NCBI RefSeq assembly: GCF_006345805.1
Contig: NC_043007.1
Span: 44,082,001 to 44,146,000, forward strand
Length of the DNA: 64,000 nt
Direction: 5' to 3'
DNA from: Octopus sinensis
Lineage: Eukaryota
Shown: piece after piece, positions 24,139 through 36,925 of the stretch
How the letters are laid out: every line of letters starts with the position of its first letter
Position numbering within the stretch: the first letter of the stretch is position 1
Program-made: the position numbers and the translations under genes
Notes under the pieces: generated by a model
What the model was told of the DNA's origin: nothing
The model's input: only the letters and a program-made list of their open reading frames with translations
The model's database searches: none

Positions 24139-25306
24139 ATAGACACCCCATAAAACATCATTTATTCTAATTTATATTTTTCATTAATTGACATTTTTAT
24201 GTTTCTGGTTCTATATGTGACTGTTTAATCTTACCATGTACAAAAGAAGCCTTGGAACTGTCTGAATTTCAAAGGGGCCATATTGTGGGTCATTCTGAAG
24301 GTGGACATAGCATAAAATCACAGAAAAAACCTTGGGATCCCACTTTCTACAGTTAATAGAGTGATTGAGCAATTCACCAGAGAGGAGAAGGAGTCCATAT
24401 CACCTCTCCTAGATCGACCAGGACCCTTTTCTTTGCTAAGAGAAGTGTAAAGGATAATCTCCATTGCAAGGCCTCTGACATAATAGAACAAGTTAATGTC
24501 AGTCCCAGAACAGCTATCAGGTATCTCCACAAACTTGGTTACTATGACAGAGCAGCAAGAAGGAAGCCACTTCTTCGACCAACCAACATCAAATGGAGAA
24601 AAGATTGGGCCAGTGAGACGGTGGAGAGGCCACTAGCATTTTGGGACATTGTCATATTCTCTGATGAGTCCAGATTTGCTAGATTTCCTGACAGTGGTCG
24701 AGTGTGGGTCTGGAGACTCTGTAATCAAAAATTTGATGTGAAAAGATGGCAGCTATTCTGTGATGGCCTGGAGAGCAATTTAGAACCATGGTTGATCAGA
24801 GCTGGTGGAGCGTGGAGGAAACATAAACTCAAGTAAATATGTCCATATTGCAGAAAGACTCCTTCCTATCTTCTCCAATGGTGTTATGATTGAAGAAGAC
24901 TCTTTATTTATGGAAGATGGGGCTCCTTGTCACATGGCTAAAATTACCCAAGATTTGTTGGATGAGAATGGCATTAAAAAGCTTTCATGGCCAAGCCAGT
25001 CACTAGATATGAACCCTATTGAACAGCTCTGGGATATAATGAACAGGACACTTCATAAAAAGAACAAGAAAGCATCTTCAAAGCCATGTCTTTTGAGATT
25101 ACTGCATGAAACTTGGCAAGAAATTCCACGAGAGAATATTTGTCATCTCATCAGTAACATCCCTAATAGGGTTCTTGCATTGAAAAATGTGAAGGGTATG
25201 TCTACTAAATATTAAATATTCACATTATAACATTAAATAATTTGAATATATAATTTCAAATTTAAATAAATTTTAATGATTATAAGGGTGTCTATTTACT
25301 TCTGTC
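24139..25306 (+). mobile_element. Decayed Tc1 (DD34E) transposon
   Basis: Motifs ELSEFQRGHIVG, IFSDESRF, FMEDGAPCH and WPSQSLDMNPIEQLW. TIR remnants tagacaccc / gggtgtcta. Confidence 0.88.
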
Positions 25307-25469
25307 GTGTGTGTGTGTGTATATATATATATATATGAGTTTGGAGGGATATATTATCCAGGCAGTTACCAAATTACCTCTCAGTTAAGTTCCAATTAAT
25401 GGCTAACCACAGTGATCAGTATCTAACATCTGTGACTACATTTAGTTGTTAGGCACTCCATGAATTCTT

Positions 25470-25694
25470 CAGCACATTATAATGACCTACTCATGTTTTT
25501 GCTGCAGTGACTTCTCACTGTTGCAAATGTAACCTTGTAATATTGTCAGTGCAGCTTCATCAGAATCCATCCATCTGATCATCCTCAGAGTGAACTTATT
25601 TCAATGAGTTCACTTCAACAATAATGCAAGGTTACATTTGCAACAGTGAATAGTCACTGCGGCAGAAACATGTGCAGGTCATTATAATATGCTG
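25470..25694. mobile_element. Palindromic MITE
   Basis: Arms of about 78 bp at 25470-25547 and 25616-25694 are imperfect reverse complements. Confidence 0.75.
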
Positions 25695-26039
25695 TATATA
25701 ACTATAAAATAAATATTATGGATGTACAAGTCTCTATACTCCTTATTGTTATTAATACAGTTTCTGAGTTTTGAATATAATTGATATAAATTAAAGCCTT
25801 CCAGCAAAATTTCATGTTAATTTAGGCTCCAAACACCAGCTAAATAATGGCAATTATTCTAGTAAATTCTTCATTTTAAAAATTAATTGAAACAAAAGTA
25901 GTGTATCTAAGACAACAACTGGCTTAATGATATACACTTTTTATAAGTAGGGAAAGGAGATGCATTAGAGATAGTTACAGAGGTGTAAAACTTTTTGGTC
26001 AGGTTATGAAAGTTACAGAAAGAGTTATACCTAAATTTA

Positions 26040-27150
26040 TTAGTTCGGCTTTGAGCCTAGGAGAAGCACTACTGATATTGTCTTCTTAATGATGCAACTG
26101 TGGGAGAGATATTCAGCCAGGAGTAAGCCACAAAACCTGGCATTCATCAACTAGAGAATGGTGTTGACAAAGTTCCTCACAGTGTGATCCAGTGGTTGCT
26201 GAGGCGACTAAGATTAGATTAATGGCTTGTGAAAACCATAAAGGCCATGTATAGAACTACTGTTAGCAAAGTGAGAATCAGATATTTAGAATTCAGATAG
26301 TGGTTCATTGGGGATCTATGCTCAGCCTACTTCCATTCATTGTAGACCTACAAGTTATAACAGAAGAGTTTAAGACTAAACACCTATAGGAACTACTATA
26401 TGTTGATGGCCTTGATCTTATTCAGTGGTGGATCTAGAACAGAAAATTCAGATGCGGAAGCAAAACCTAGAATTGAGAGACATCAAATTAACTTACTGAA
26501 GACTAAAGTAATATGAAATAGGAGAGAAGATAGGGTTCTGCTTCCATCTAGGAAATTGCCATACAAAGTACGGAGGAAAGTATTTGGTAGGAATTCCATT
26601 TGATGTATCCAGTGTAAACTATGAGAGCACAAAAGATGTGGGTCATAGGCAGATTTTATACACAACAAGTGCAGAGGGACAATAAACATTGGGAGCTCAA
26701 AGGAAATAGATTCTATCAAATGCTTGGAAATAATAACCAGAGAAATAATGTGTTAAAAAAAGCTAAGAGAACTGTTACCTCTGCTGGCAACAAAGGCCAG
26801 ATTGTAAGATGCATGTGTATGAAGCACAATATTACATGGTAACAAAACATGGACCTGGAATGCAGAGGATTTACAAAGACTTGAAAGAAACAGGGCATAT
26901 ATAAGGTTAGTGCTCACAAATGAGTGTATTAATGAGCTGAGAAAAAATTTGGATATACAAGGTATCAGATATGGCGTACAAGAAAGAAAACTATGTTAGT
27001 ATGGACATTTGAATGCATATAGAAGATAACAGCTGTATAAAACTCCACATACTCAATTTAAATAGAATCTGTGGATGAGAAAGACCAAAGAAGTCTTGGG
27101 ACAGAGTGGTGAAGACTGACCTCAGGTTGTTGCATCTTAGATGACAAAGA
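26040..27150 (+). mobile_element. Heavily decayed RTE-type LINE fragment
   Basis: Degenerate counterpart of the 36926-38340 element (e.g. gaagagtttaagact...gaactactatatgttgatggcctt, ELLYVDG for ELLYADD). Confidence 0.65.
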
Positions 27151-27214
27151 GAAACAGCAGCAGTAACAAACACAATGAAACTCGAACTGAAAACTGTACC
27201 TGGACTTTGAAGAC

Positions 27215-29990
27215 CAAACTATGAACTTTTTCTTTATTTGTCACACTGGGCATAACAAAAAGGGGACAGTACAAAGACAGACAAATTAGTTTTGATTTAA
27301 AATTAATAAAATTATAAATAAATATTTACACATATCACATTGACTGACATTTCCTTTTTATTCCAGTTGGATGTCTGAGCTTAGCCGGCTCCGTTCATTC
27401 TCAACTTTCTCTTCACATTCTGCCATCTTATACAAAATGTGTTATGCATCAGGTATCTCTTTACCAGCCTGGTCTTACTTTTAAGGTAATAGTTAAAGTA
27501 ATTAACTAGACCTTGGCTGGAAATAAAGGTACCTGTTGCAATTCCTTTCAGACATGTCTTCCATACTGTTTTTTTCAGTATGGCTATAATACAGCAAAAA
27601 TTACCCCTCCTCACTGTCCCGCCTGTACCTTAGGCATGTCAGTGGGATGGCACTACTGGGGCTCGATAGACTCTCTGAAACGAGTAAAGCCAATCGGTAA
27701 CACAACCAGACCAAGGATTTCTGGTAATTATTCAGGTACCCTGGCCCAAAAATCCTTCTGAACAGATTGACCAACTGATTTCCATCGAAGCCTGGAATCT
27801 CCCCCAGGACATCATCTGTCATATGCTCCACTAACTTGTTTATAAAGTCCGCAGTGGAACTCCAGTTGCTGGTGTTATCCTGCTGGGAGAGAAGTGTGAG
27901 TGCCTGTCGACACTCCATTTGCCAAGCACCCAGCCTAGGTCTTCCCCTGACTGAAGGACCTAAATCCCGAAGGGAGATCAACTGTGGAAGGAAGAACTTC
28001 ATGAGCAGTGACCAGATCCAGGTGACGTCAGAGATACCTAAGCCTCAGTGCAAATTTATGCATCCTCAGCCACAGCATCCCTAGTCCACCCTTTGTATAG
28101 CTGTCTCCCATGATTAGATTGTAAGCACTGTTCACCAAACCTGCACAGTCGATATGTAAACCTAGACCATGAGTTCTCACCCTTCAGCCTTGATTGATAA
28201 TTTACCAGCGGGGCTTTGGTCACAAGCATGCAACCTCAACAATTTCTCACCAAATTTTCGATATCCTAGTATATAGTCAGCCAATAGACATAGCTCCTCA
28301 TCAGAGCTTTCTTCCTTGACATTCCCCTTCCACAAAAAATGAAAGAGGAGTCTCTCCAACTTGCTTAGCCACAAGTCAGGACAAGACATGACAGTCAGAT
28401 AGTAGGTGATAATAGATGCAATAAACATCCATGTCACCTCCACCCTTCCTAGCAGTGATAACACCCTTCCAGACCAAATATGGGTTAGGGCAGTTACCTT
28501 GCTTGTTACCTCACCCCAATTCTTCTCGATTTGGTGGTCTGGACCAAACCAGACCCCTAGCAGCCTAACAGGACCTTCCGTCCAATGTCCCACAATGTTA
28601 TCAGACAACATCAACTTGACCCTTCAGGTGCCAAGTTGTAAGCTGACTGACTTATCCTGATTAATTCTTGCTCCTGCCACCACTTTGTATCTTTTGATGG
28701 CATTTTCGATACAAGGTAGCTGCCTTCATCTGACACGATGATGGTGATGTCATCTGCATATGCAGTCACCATCTTCCCTCCACTCAGATTATGCAGGTTG
28801 CCCCCCTATAGCCTCTAACCTTTGCAGCAATGACTCAAGAGTCAGCACATACAAGAATAAAGACAGAGGACAGAGCGCTTTATCTCAAATAGTTTCAAAA
28901 GGAAACCATTCACTCCAACAATAGACTCAATGTTGCTGTACATGGCAGTAATCCAGGTTTGGAAAGCTGGGCTCAGCCCGGCTGTCCTGAGAACTATGCC
29001 ATGTATTGATGGTCTATCCTATCAAAAACTTTAGACTGGTCTAAATGCACCAGTGTCCCACCTTTGCCAGTAATATTACCAACCCTCTCTATGGTGTAGC
29101 CTATGAGGTGAAGATTGCTGTGAATCAACCTGCCTGGAATGGTGCAAGTTTGCATCTCCCCAACAAGGTTGTCCATGATCTGCGCCAACCTCTTTGCTAA
29201 CACCTTGGCCAAATCTCACCATGCTCTAGCATACTATCCCTCCTGAACAACTGGGAAAGATGCTCGTAAAAGGGCTCACTCATCTTGTCCTGTCCCTTGA
29301 CCAAGCGCTCTTGTTCATTAACCAAAGACCTAATTGTGGAATCATTGAGTCACTGGGTCTCTACCATCCAGCAACTTTGGTTCCCCCCGTGCCCCAATGC
29401 GCGTACTTTTGCCTGAACTCTACATCCCTCATGTTTGGCTTTGAGGTGTTGGTCCAAGGCTGATCTTGCTGCCACAACTTGGTATGCAGAGCCTGACTTT
29501 AACACCTTTTCTAAGTCCTAAAGTAGATTGTCCTCTATTCTAGCTTTATCTATACTTGGCTGGTGACTAAACCTAATTGACTCAAAATGCATGGATTATT
29601 TGAGGGCCAACCACCACAAGTTATTCAACATGGTGCCAGTTAAAGCCCTCTGAACTAACTCCTTAATCTGGTTATTGTATGCCTCACAAGCTAAAATAGC
29701 CTTGTTCAGCTTCCAATAACTAGGTCCCTGTCTATGTACTCCATCTATGATTACCCTGCATGTCACTAATTTGTGATCTGTGTAGGGAACCAGAAAGAAC
29801 TGTGGACAGCTAAAACTAGACTTATCTCTGGTCCTTACCACTACCCTGTCTAGATAAGACCTTCACGACCCATTGTCATTAGTTCAGGTCCACACTGGGA
29901 CATTCAGGTGGTCCAGTATGTAACAATCTGCTAGCTGAATTCACTAAAGCCAAATTATGAACTGCCTGACTACATCTGACCGCTACTATT
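27215..29990 (-). mobile_element. L1/Tx1-clade LINE remnant (APE endonuclease end plus RT)
   Basis: Motifs PYTDHKLV...GPSYWKLN (APE end), AKVLAKRL, LDQSKVFDRIDH, AYADDITI and GPVRLLGVWFG. Many stops and frameshifts. Confidence 0.85.
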
Positions 29991-30810
29991 CATATGTAGG
30001 GCATACATTGTAATACAAAGAAGTGACCTGGAGAGACACCTGGGCTGTGCTGCTGTGGGGGAAAGGTTAAACTCCCTACAATGCCCCAACCTCTAGAACC
30101 ATTGAAGAAACTATTGTCATCAACTGACCAAGATTCTAAGCATTTCCAAAACAAAATTTGACAATACAACACTGCACTACAGGTCACATCATTTGGAGCC
30201 ACAAGAAAAATAATTGAGCCAAGCCAGGATTCATGCAAACTTTCAAGATCCAAGGACAGATTTATCATCAGATTGGCTCTGTATTACCTCTGTCAAATGA
30301 GTCACCAAAATTCCTATAAATATACTTTATGGGTGATTTTCAACAAAAAGGGCAAAAGAGGTGCAAGAACATTTCTGGCATCAGGATGAACATTGTGGTG
30401 TTTCTGCAAAAGATGCTGCACAACAACAACCTGATCAGAAGCTTCCAGACTGCACTCGAAATTCCACCTGACTCCAGGAAATAATAATTACAGCAGCAAT
30501 AATGACAGGCAACATGAAGTGTGAGAATGTCTTCATTCCAAGGATCCTTCTCATCGCAAATCATCTCCCCTTTCAGTTCAAGAGACTGCTGTTTCCTATC
30601 AAACTGAGTTTGCAAAAATCTATCAACAAAGCACAAGATCAATCTCTAAAAGTGGTGGGACTTAACCTCCTTCAATCATGCTTCTCACATGGTCAGCTGT
30701 ATGTTGGATGTTCTAGAGTTGGAGATGAAAAGAGCCTCCACATTTTCAATGAAAAACATGGCAAGACAGAAAGTAGAGTATATGAAAAAGCACTTACATG
30801 AATAACATGT
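29990..30810 (+). mobile_element. Helitron RepHel (Pif1 helicase) fragments
   Basis: FIPRI...PFQFKRLLFPIKLSLQKSINKAQDQSLKVVGLNL..CFSHGQLYVGCSRVG are helicase motifs V/VI typical of Helitrons. Adjacent pieces look scrambled. Confidence 0.82.
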
Positions 30811-31149
30811 GCTTGTAATGTACAGATGTATAAAACCGTTGAGTATTACTTTCTGAGAAATGCACTAACCTTACACTACAGGCAAAAAGTAGTGTTAAGG
30901 CTATGAGTCTATAATCTGAGTGAGACCAGGTTCTTCTGCTTGTGCACACATATATATATATATATATATATAGTAAAGTCTATTTGCCAACACAATGTGA
31001 CAGTCCTTCACAGGTCAATGTTACTACCTTTTAGCCCCAGGAAAGCACCTGTGTCTGTATACTATGAGCAAGGGAATTTATTGGTCCCTTTCTAGCCTTA
31101 GCAATACCTGTAGACCAATGGTTTCTGGGTTATTCCTCTTCCTCTGTGA

Positions 31150-31900
31150 TTGTCTTGTGCCACAAATATAACATAAGGAAATAATGTAATACCAGAAACC
31201 AAAATAATTACATCTTCCCAGTGCCAAAAAAGGGAGATCTCTCTAACACCAACAACTACAAGGGGATCTTACTGATGTCACTCATGGCAAAGACCCTCAT
31301 CAGGATTATTCTTAACAGGATCCAGCCTGAGATGGAAAAGAAGCTCAGGGACAACCAGAACAGCTTCAGAGAGGAAAGATCTGGTGCTACTCCATCTTTT
31401 CCACAAGCTTTGCTCTCCTTGATCTTCTTGGCTCTCTGAAGCTCCTCTCTGGCAAAGAGTCCTGTCACAATATCCAGTTCCTCAAACAGCTACCTGATCT
31501 CCCCAGTGTTCTGGGTTATGGAAAGCAGCTCTCCTAGTAGGGTCTTAAAATGGTTCAACCATTTATTCTTCCTATCCTCAGGTCCTGTTCCCTGGATCTG
31601 ACTTGAACTTGCAGGGTGTCCCTCAGTAGTTGTCCATTTCGGTTGGTATTGTTATGGAAGTACCAGCAAGGATCTTCACTGTGCTCCTTATTCGAATGTG
31701 CATTGAGGTCACCCTGAACAACCAGGATGTTATGAGTTGGTGTGGTATTGGCAGTTCTACACACTTCCTATTGGAACTCCTCTGCACTTACATCACTGTT
31801 CCCCTCAGTTGGACTATAGGATGAGATGACTGTCAGCCTTGGGTTTCCATTGAAGGTCACTCTCAACACTTGTGGTGAGACGTATGATTTCCTTGACTAA
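31150..31900. mobile_element. RTE-type LINE fragments in both orientations
   Basis: Plus strand PKKGDLSNTNNYKGILLMSLMAK...LRDNQNSFR (RT N-terminus). Minus strand VVQGDLNAH...TNRNGQLL (APE). Confidence 0.75.
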
Positions 31901-32940
31901 CAGATTGGCGTTTATTCTTTAAATAGGTACCAATTAAATATATTACTGAGTTTAACGCTCATTACACTTGAATTTTATCAGCTAAACTCTTCATTTTCTC
32001 CTTATAACATATATATATGCATATATTAATATATCATAATATAATAGTTGTAAAACATAGTATATGCACACATTTTGTGTGTGTGTGTGTTTAAATAAGT
32101 TCTGAAGGTGAGTGATTATGTAGAGGATCCGCTACTGTTATCGCAGTAGAGCCTCAGGTAAGCTCTGATCAAGTAGACTGACACCCAATGGTCTCCTATT
32201 CAATGAGTCCCTCACTCTTCAAGATTGTTGGTTGTGGTCTGGGAGGAATTTGGATGCCATTTTTAACAGGTAGATAAACCATGCAGAGGCCCCGCAGCAG
32301 AGGTTGTGTATCAGCTACACATGCAATAAAAGAATGAATGTTTTTTTTTTAAAGTTAGTGTTTGTTCAATTCTCTAAAATAGTTCTGGTTTTGTACGTCA
32401 CCTTAACTTTCTAGTAATTTTCATTATCTACAATCAGATTAAGTTGATAGCAACCATTTCCTAACAACACTAACTTCGCGCTAGGTAAAATGATCCCGGT
32501 TTCATTGGATCGATAGGACATGACAAGCCACAGGACTAAAATGTTTTACAGTACTTAAATGAGTTTCCTTGTTACATTCTTAGCGCTAGTCCCACTCCCA
32601 CTCAGGCTTATTTTATCTGTTTAACATTACATTCAGTGACAAATTATCTCCAATGTCGATAACCTAAATACTGGTAATATTATATTATCGATTAACTTTT
32701 CTTGACTGAAAAAAATCTGATTGTGTATTTAAGACAAAAATCAATTATTATTATTACTCATTATTATTATTTTCTTGCTTTTTATCAAAGTTACATTCAT
32801 TCATTCGATCCGTCATTTTAATGTCGTGCCCAGTTTTCAAGAGTGACTTCCCCTTACTACAAAACTAAAAACAAAAACTTAACAAAAAGAAAAAGAACAC
32901 AAAATGATAAAATAAAAAACAAATAAAAAATTTAAACGTT

Positions 32941-33021
32941 ATGGCGTTCACATTTGCAGCATTTTGCTATATTTTAGCTCTTATTCTTACGGCTATTCTT
33001 ATATTTTTCGTAATTTTCCAC
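32941..33021 (+). CDS. CNIH1: Protein cornichon homolog, exon 1
   Basis: Reads MAFTFAAFCYILALILTAILIFFVIFH|gtgagt, nearly identical to the human CNIH1 N-terminus. Confidence 0.95.
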
Positions 33022-33571
33022 GTGAGTATCATACACATTGAAACATGATTTTACATAATAACTGTCGTCGCTTCTCAACGTTTTTATTTTTTTTTTTAAT
33101 GTCAGTTTTCTCTTATTTAATCCACTTTCACTTAATTAAACTGTCATGGTTTCCTAGAAACTATTTTTATTTTCCTATTGCTCCTAGCTCCTTGATATCT
33201 CTCTCGTGAAGCAAGTTCTTGTTGTTTCACCATAGATGCCATTGTTTTATTTTTTTCTTTCGCTCCACTAAATCAACTGCACATAAAATACTCATTTATG
33301 TCAAAGAAAAATTTTTCCGTTTAATTAATAATCGCACACCCCTGCACTTCTACCAATTTCAATGAGCCACGAGCCCGGGCACTTTATTATACAACGGTTC
33401 TTTCACTTGAATTTTGATTTCAAATATCGCTTGTAACTAAAGACGGTACTTCCACAAAGGCCTTAGCCTCATAATGACCCTAGCGAGATATATTAATGGA
33501 AGTATTGGGTTTTAATGTATATATATGAGAATGTAAATAAAATTATCTAGTCCATATAGGGACTAACGAAC

Positions 33572-33620
<49 letters not shown>

Positions 33621-34673
33621 CCAGAAGTGTGCACGTATCGTTCGTTAGTGTCTATATAAACTAATATATATACATGAGTGTGTGTACGTTTATATGTATA
33701 CAGTCCAGCTCATGCTAATATTGAAAGCAATTGTGAATAATGATGATGCTGAAGCATGGGTGTGTATGCATGTATAGCAAACCTGATTAGGAACAGGATT
33801 AGCCTAGATGAGGTGCAGTTAGTGTCTGTGTTTAGAGGAAATACTACCTCTGCCCTTTTCTGTTTATTATAGTCCTTCAGAGAAGTTTAAGACCAATTAT
33901 CCATATGAACTCTTATATACCGTTGACTTAGTTATTATAATTTAATCTGTCAAATTTGGAGAAGAAATTCCATGTATAGAAACAAAACCAGGAATTGTGC
34001 AGCCTCAATTCTTAGTAAGGAAGAAGGACTTGCTTCCTTCGGGGTACCTTGCTCAGCATGCAGAAAAGGGCAACGCAAAAATTCATGTGGTCCACTAAGT
34101 GTAACTTATCGATACACAAGAGGTGTAGCGGGATCGGAGGAAGCTAAATAACGAAGATACACTAAATGGGCAAGTAGATACATGGGTGCAGTAAGCACTC
34201 AAACATTTGTGAAATAGTTTCTCCAAAATATCTTGATTACCTGAAAGTAATAGCCTAAGTTACTTATATGACCTAATTAGCTGTGAGGATAGGTGTTCTC
34301 AAAATATAACAATCAATGTAAGAACATACCGGAAAAAATTCAAGGAGCTATTCACTCTGTGGGTAACAAAGGGGCGAAAGTAAAGATTACGTACACACGG
34401 TGGTTAGGGTTACGGTTTTTGTTTCGCTGAAAACTGGTGGGGTACATATTCTTTACCTCCGCCAAGAAAGGATTTCTCTCTAAGGGTAAAAAGCCGATTG
34501 AATGATGAACTTAAGGAAGAAGGACAAAAAAAATTCATAATGATTGTCGACATTCCTCACTGGTAAAAACAAATCCATTGCTACAAACTCTGAAATGGTA
34601 GGGATGATGGCGGTTGGGTTTTATGTGTGTGTTATATATAATATGTGTATGTATGTATACATGTATATATATG

Positions 34674-34718
<45 letters not shown>

Positions 34719-34829
34719 GAGTTGAGTGTAGAAATTCGGGGTGAGTACTTGATAATTATAAGCACCTGTGTATACCGTTTGGTGGTGTAGGTGGTGGAGT
34801 AAATTGATCAAAATAAAAATAAAAATAAA

Positions 34830-35530
34830 AACATGAGGCGAAGGATTCAGCGGTACATATGTTTCGGGCCTTTATTAGACAGATTCATAACAAATCATAA
34901 TGTATGTCTGTTGCCTTCTTCAGCCGCGCACAACAGCTTCCACAAGGACATGTGTTACTTCCGAAATTCTTGGTTGGGGATGCAAATCTTCTCGTTCCCG
35001 TACGACATAATGCGGCAGCAGCATCGAATTGAATCGTCCATCTCCTTCTTCTCTCAATGTAGAATGAGGAAACTTGGATGTTGAGGTAATGTAAATAAAT
35101 AAATACGTATATAGAGGTGAAGATGGAGGGGCGAGAGTTCGGGACGAGGGATAAAAATATAAAATAATATAAAATAATATAAAAATGTAGAGGATAAAGA
35201 TATAAAGAGTTGTAAGGAGATGTAAAGGGGGTATAAAGAAATATAAATAAATGTAAAGGCATAATGTTGTAAAGTAAAAATAGAAATGGAAATAATAGTA
35301 AAAGAAGTAAAAGAACCTGATAAAAACATGATAAAAGTGTAAAAGAATGTAAAGATAAGGGATGTATAGAGGTCGCGGACCCAGCATGGTGGTCAGGAGA
35401 TTGATAAAACTTAGTTGTAGAACTGAGATGTATATGTGTGTGTATGTATGTATATATATATGTGTATGTATGTATATGTAGGTCCCGGGTTGAGTCGGGG
35501 TTAACCACAGTAAATAAGGTACTCAATACA
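34830..35530 (-). mobile_element. Penelope-like terminal repeat (pLTR) carrying a hammerhead motif
   Basis: The minus strand contains ctgaagaaggc...ccgaaacatatgta, a typical PLE end. It is flanked by TA/TG microsatellites. Confidence 0.5.
34850..34927 (-). ncRNA. Type I hammerhead ribozyme motif (Penelope-associated, minimal or dimeric type)
   Basis: Reads GCGG-CUGAAGA-AGGC...GGCCC-GAAA-CAUAUG-UA-CCGC. Helix I is GCGG/CCGC, the core is intact, helix III is the palindrome ACAUAUGU and the cleavage triplet is GUA. Helix II is imperfect. Confidence 0.6.
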
Positions 35531-35638
35531 TAGCAGGTATGTATATATATGTGTGTATGTATATATATATGTGTATATATATATATGTGTGTGTATATAT
35601 ATGTATGTATATATATGTATTTGTCTGTATATATATGT

Positions 35639-35672
<34 letters not shown>

Positions 35673-35939
35673 TTATATATGTATTTGTGTGTATATGTAT
35701 ATATATGTATGTATATATATATGTATGTGTGTATATGTATGTATATATATATATATGTATGTGTGTATATATATGTATGTGTGTATATATATGTATGTGT
35801 GTGTATATATGTATGTGTATATATATGTATGTGTATATATGTATGTGTATATATGTATGTGTATATATATATGTGTATGTATATATATGTGTATGTATAT
35901 ATATGTGTATGTATATATGTGTATGTATATATGTGTATG

Positions 35940-35970
<31 letters not shown>

Positions 35971-36236
35971 GTATGTATATATATGTATGTGTATATATAT
36001 ATGTGTATGTATATATATATGTATGTATATATATGCATGTGTATATATGTATGTGTATATATGTATGTGTATATATGTATGTGTATGTATATATGTGTAT
36101 GTATATATGTGTATGTATATATATGTAATATATATGTGTGTATATATATATATATATATGTATGTATATATATATGTGTATATATATATGTATGTATATG
36201 TATGTATATATATATGTGTATATATATATATGTATG

Positions 36237-36269
<33 letters not shown>

Positions 36270-36277
36270 ATATATAC
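35428..36277. repeat. Long degenerate (TA/TG)n microsatellite
   Basis: About 850 bp of tatg/tata/tgtg units, interrupted by a short unique stretch at about 35480-35535. This is the source of the spurious Y/I/V/C/M ORFs. Confidence 0.95.
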
Positions 36278-36319
36278 CTCTAATTTATTGTATTTAGAGG
36301 ATGTGACTCACTATATTTT

Positions 36320-36920
36320 CTTCTTTTTTTGGAGAACCCCAACATTTCTAGGACTTCATGCAAATCTTTTGTTGCATAGCCCAGTGCCCCTATGATAACT
36401 GGTATAAATGAAAATCTGTAACCTGGCTATAAGATATGTAAATATCTCATAAATTCACCCTAGATGTTCTTCTTTTTCACAACTTTATACAAGACATTTA
36501 TATCCAAGAGGCAGCTGATCTCTACAACAATGCATGATTTTTTTTCTCCTTGCTCTATCAAACAATGTCTGGCCTATTGTGTTCACACTAGGTTTTTATC
36601 TTTAGTAGAAAGTGATACTTTTAAAGATATGGATACATTCAAATTTTGGTGTACGATTGGTGTGGCCATCAAGACAATTCTTCCTATAGACAGCAGTACA
36701 AATTGTTTTGGTGACAATGTCACTAAATGCAGATATTTTTGGACAGCTGCTGATGAAGTGGATATCTTCCACATTTGTATAGCACAGTCAACATTTTCTG
36801 TCACAATGTAGAGATTTAAAGGTATTTCTTTCTCTTGTTTTTGAGAGCAAAAGCATAGCCTTCTTCATGGTATACAGTGTAGGTCCAGGACAGATTACTA
36901 TTCCTATCAACATTGTCAGT
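36320..36920 (-). mobile_element. Remnant of an RLE-type (R4/Dong-like) non-LTR retrotransposon C-terminus
   Basis: The minus strand gives C*LCYTNVEDIHFISSCPKIS (CCHC knuckle), followed by degenerate RLE-like sequence. Confidence 0.5.
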
Positions 36921-36925
36921 ATTCT

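Noticed and set aside
24805-25215. Active or domesticated transposase
   Set aside because: The upstream part has frameshifts and stops, and catalytic-region motifs are degenerate (SLDMNPIE).
30502-30801. Host PIF1 helicase gene
   Set aside because: An isolated, degenerate, intronless fragment of Helitron type among other TE debris.
35539-36395. Long ORFs (up to 252 aa) rich in Y/I/V/C/M
   Set aside because: These are translations of a TA/TG microsatellite open in several frames, not genes. The same applies to 38911-39308.
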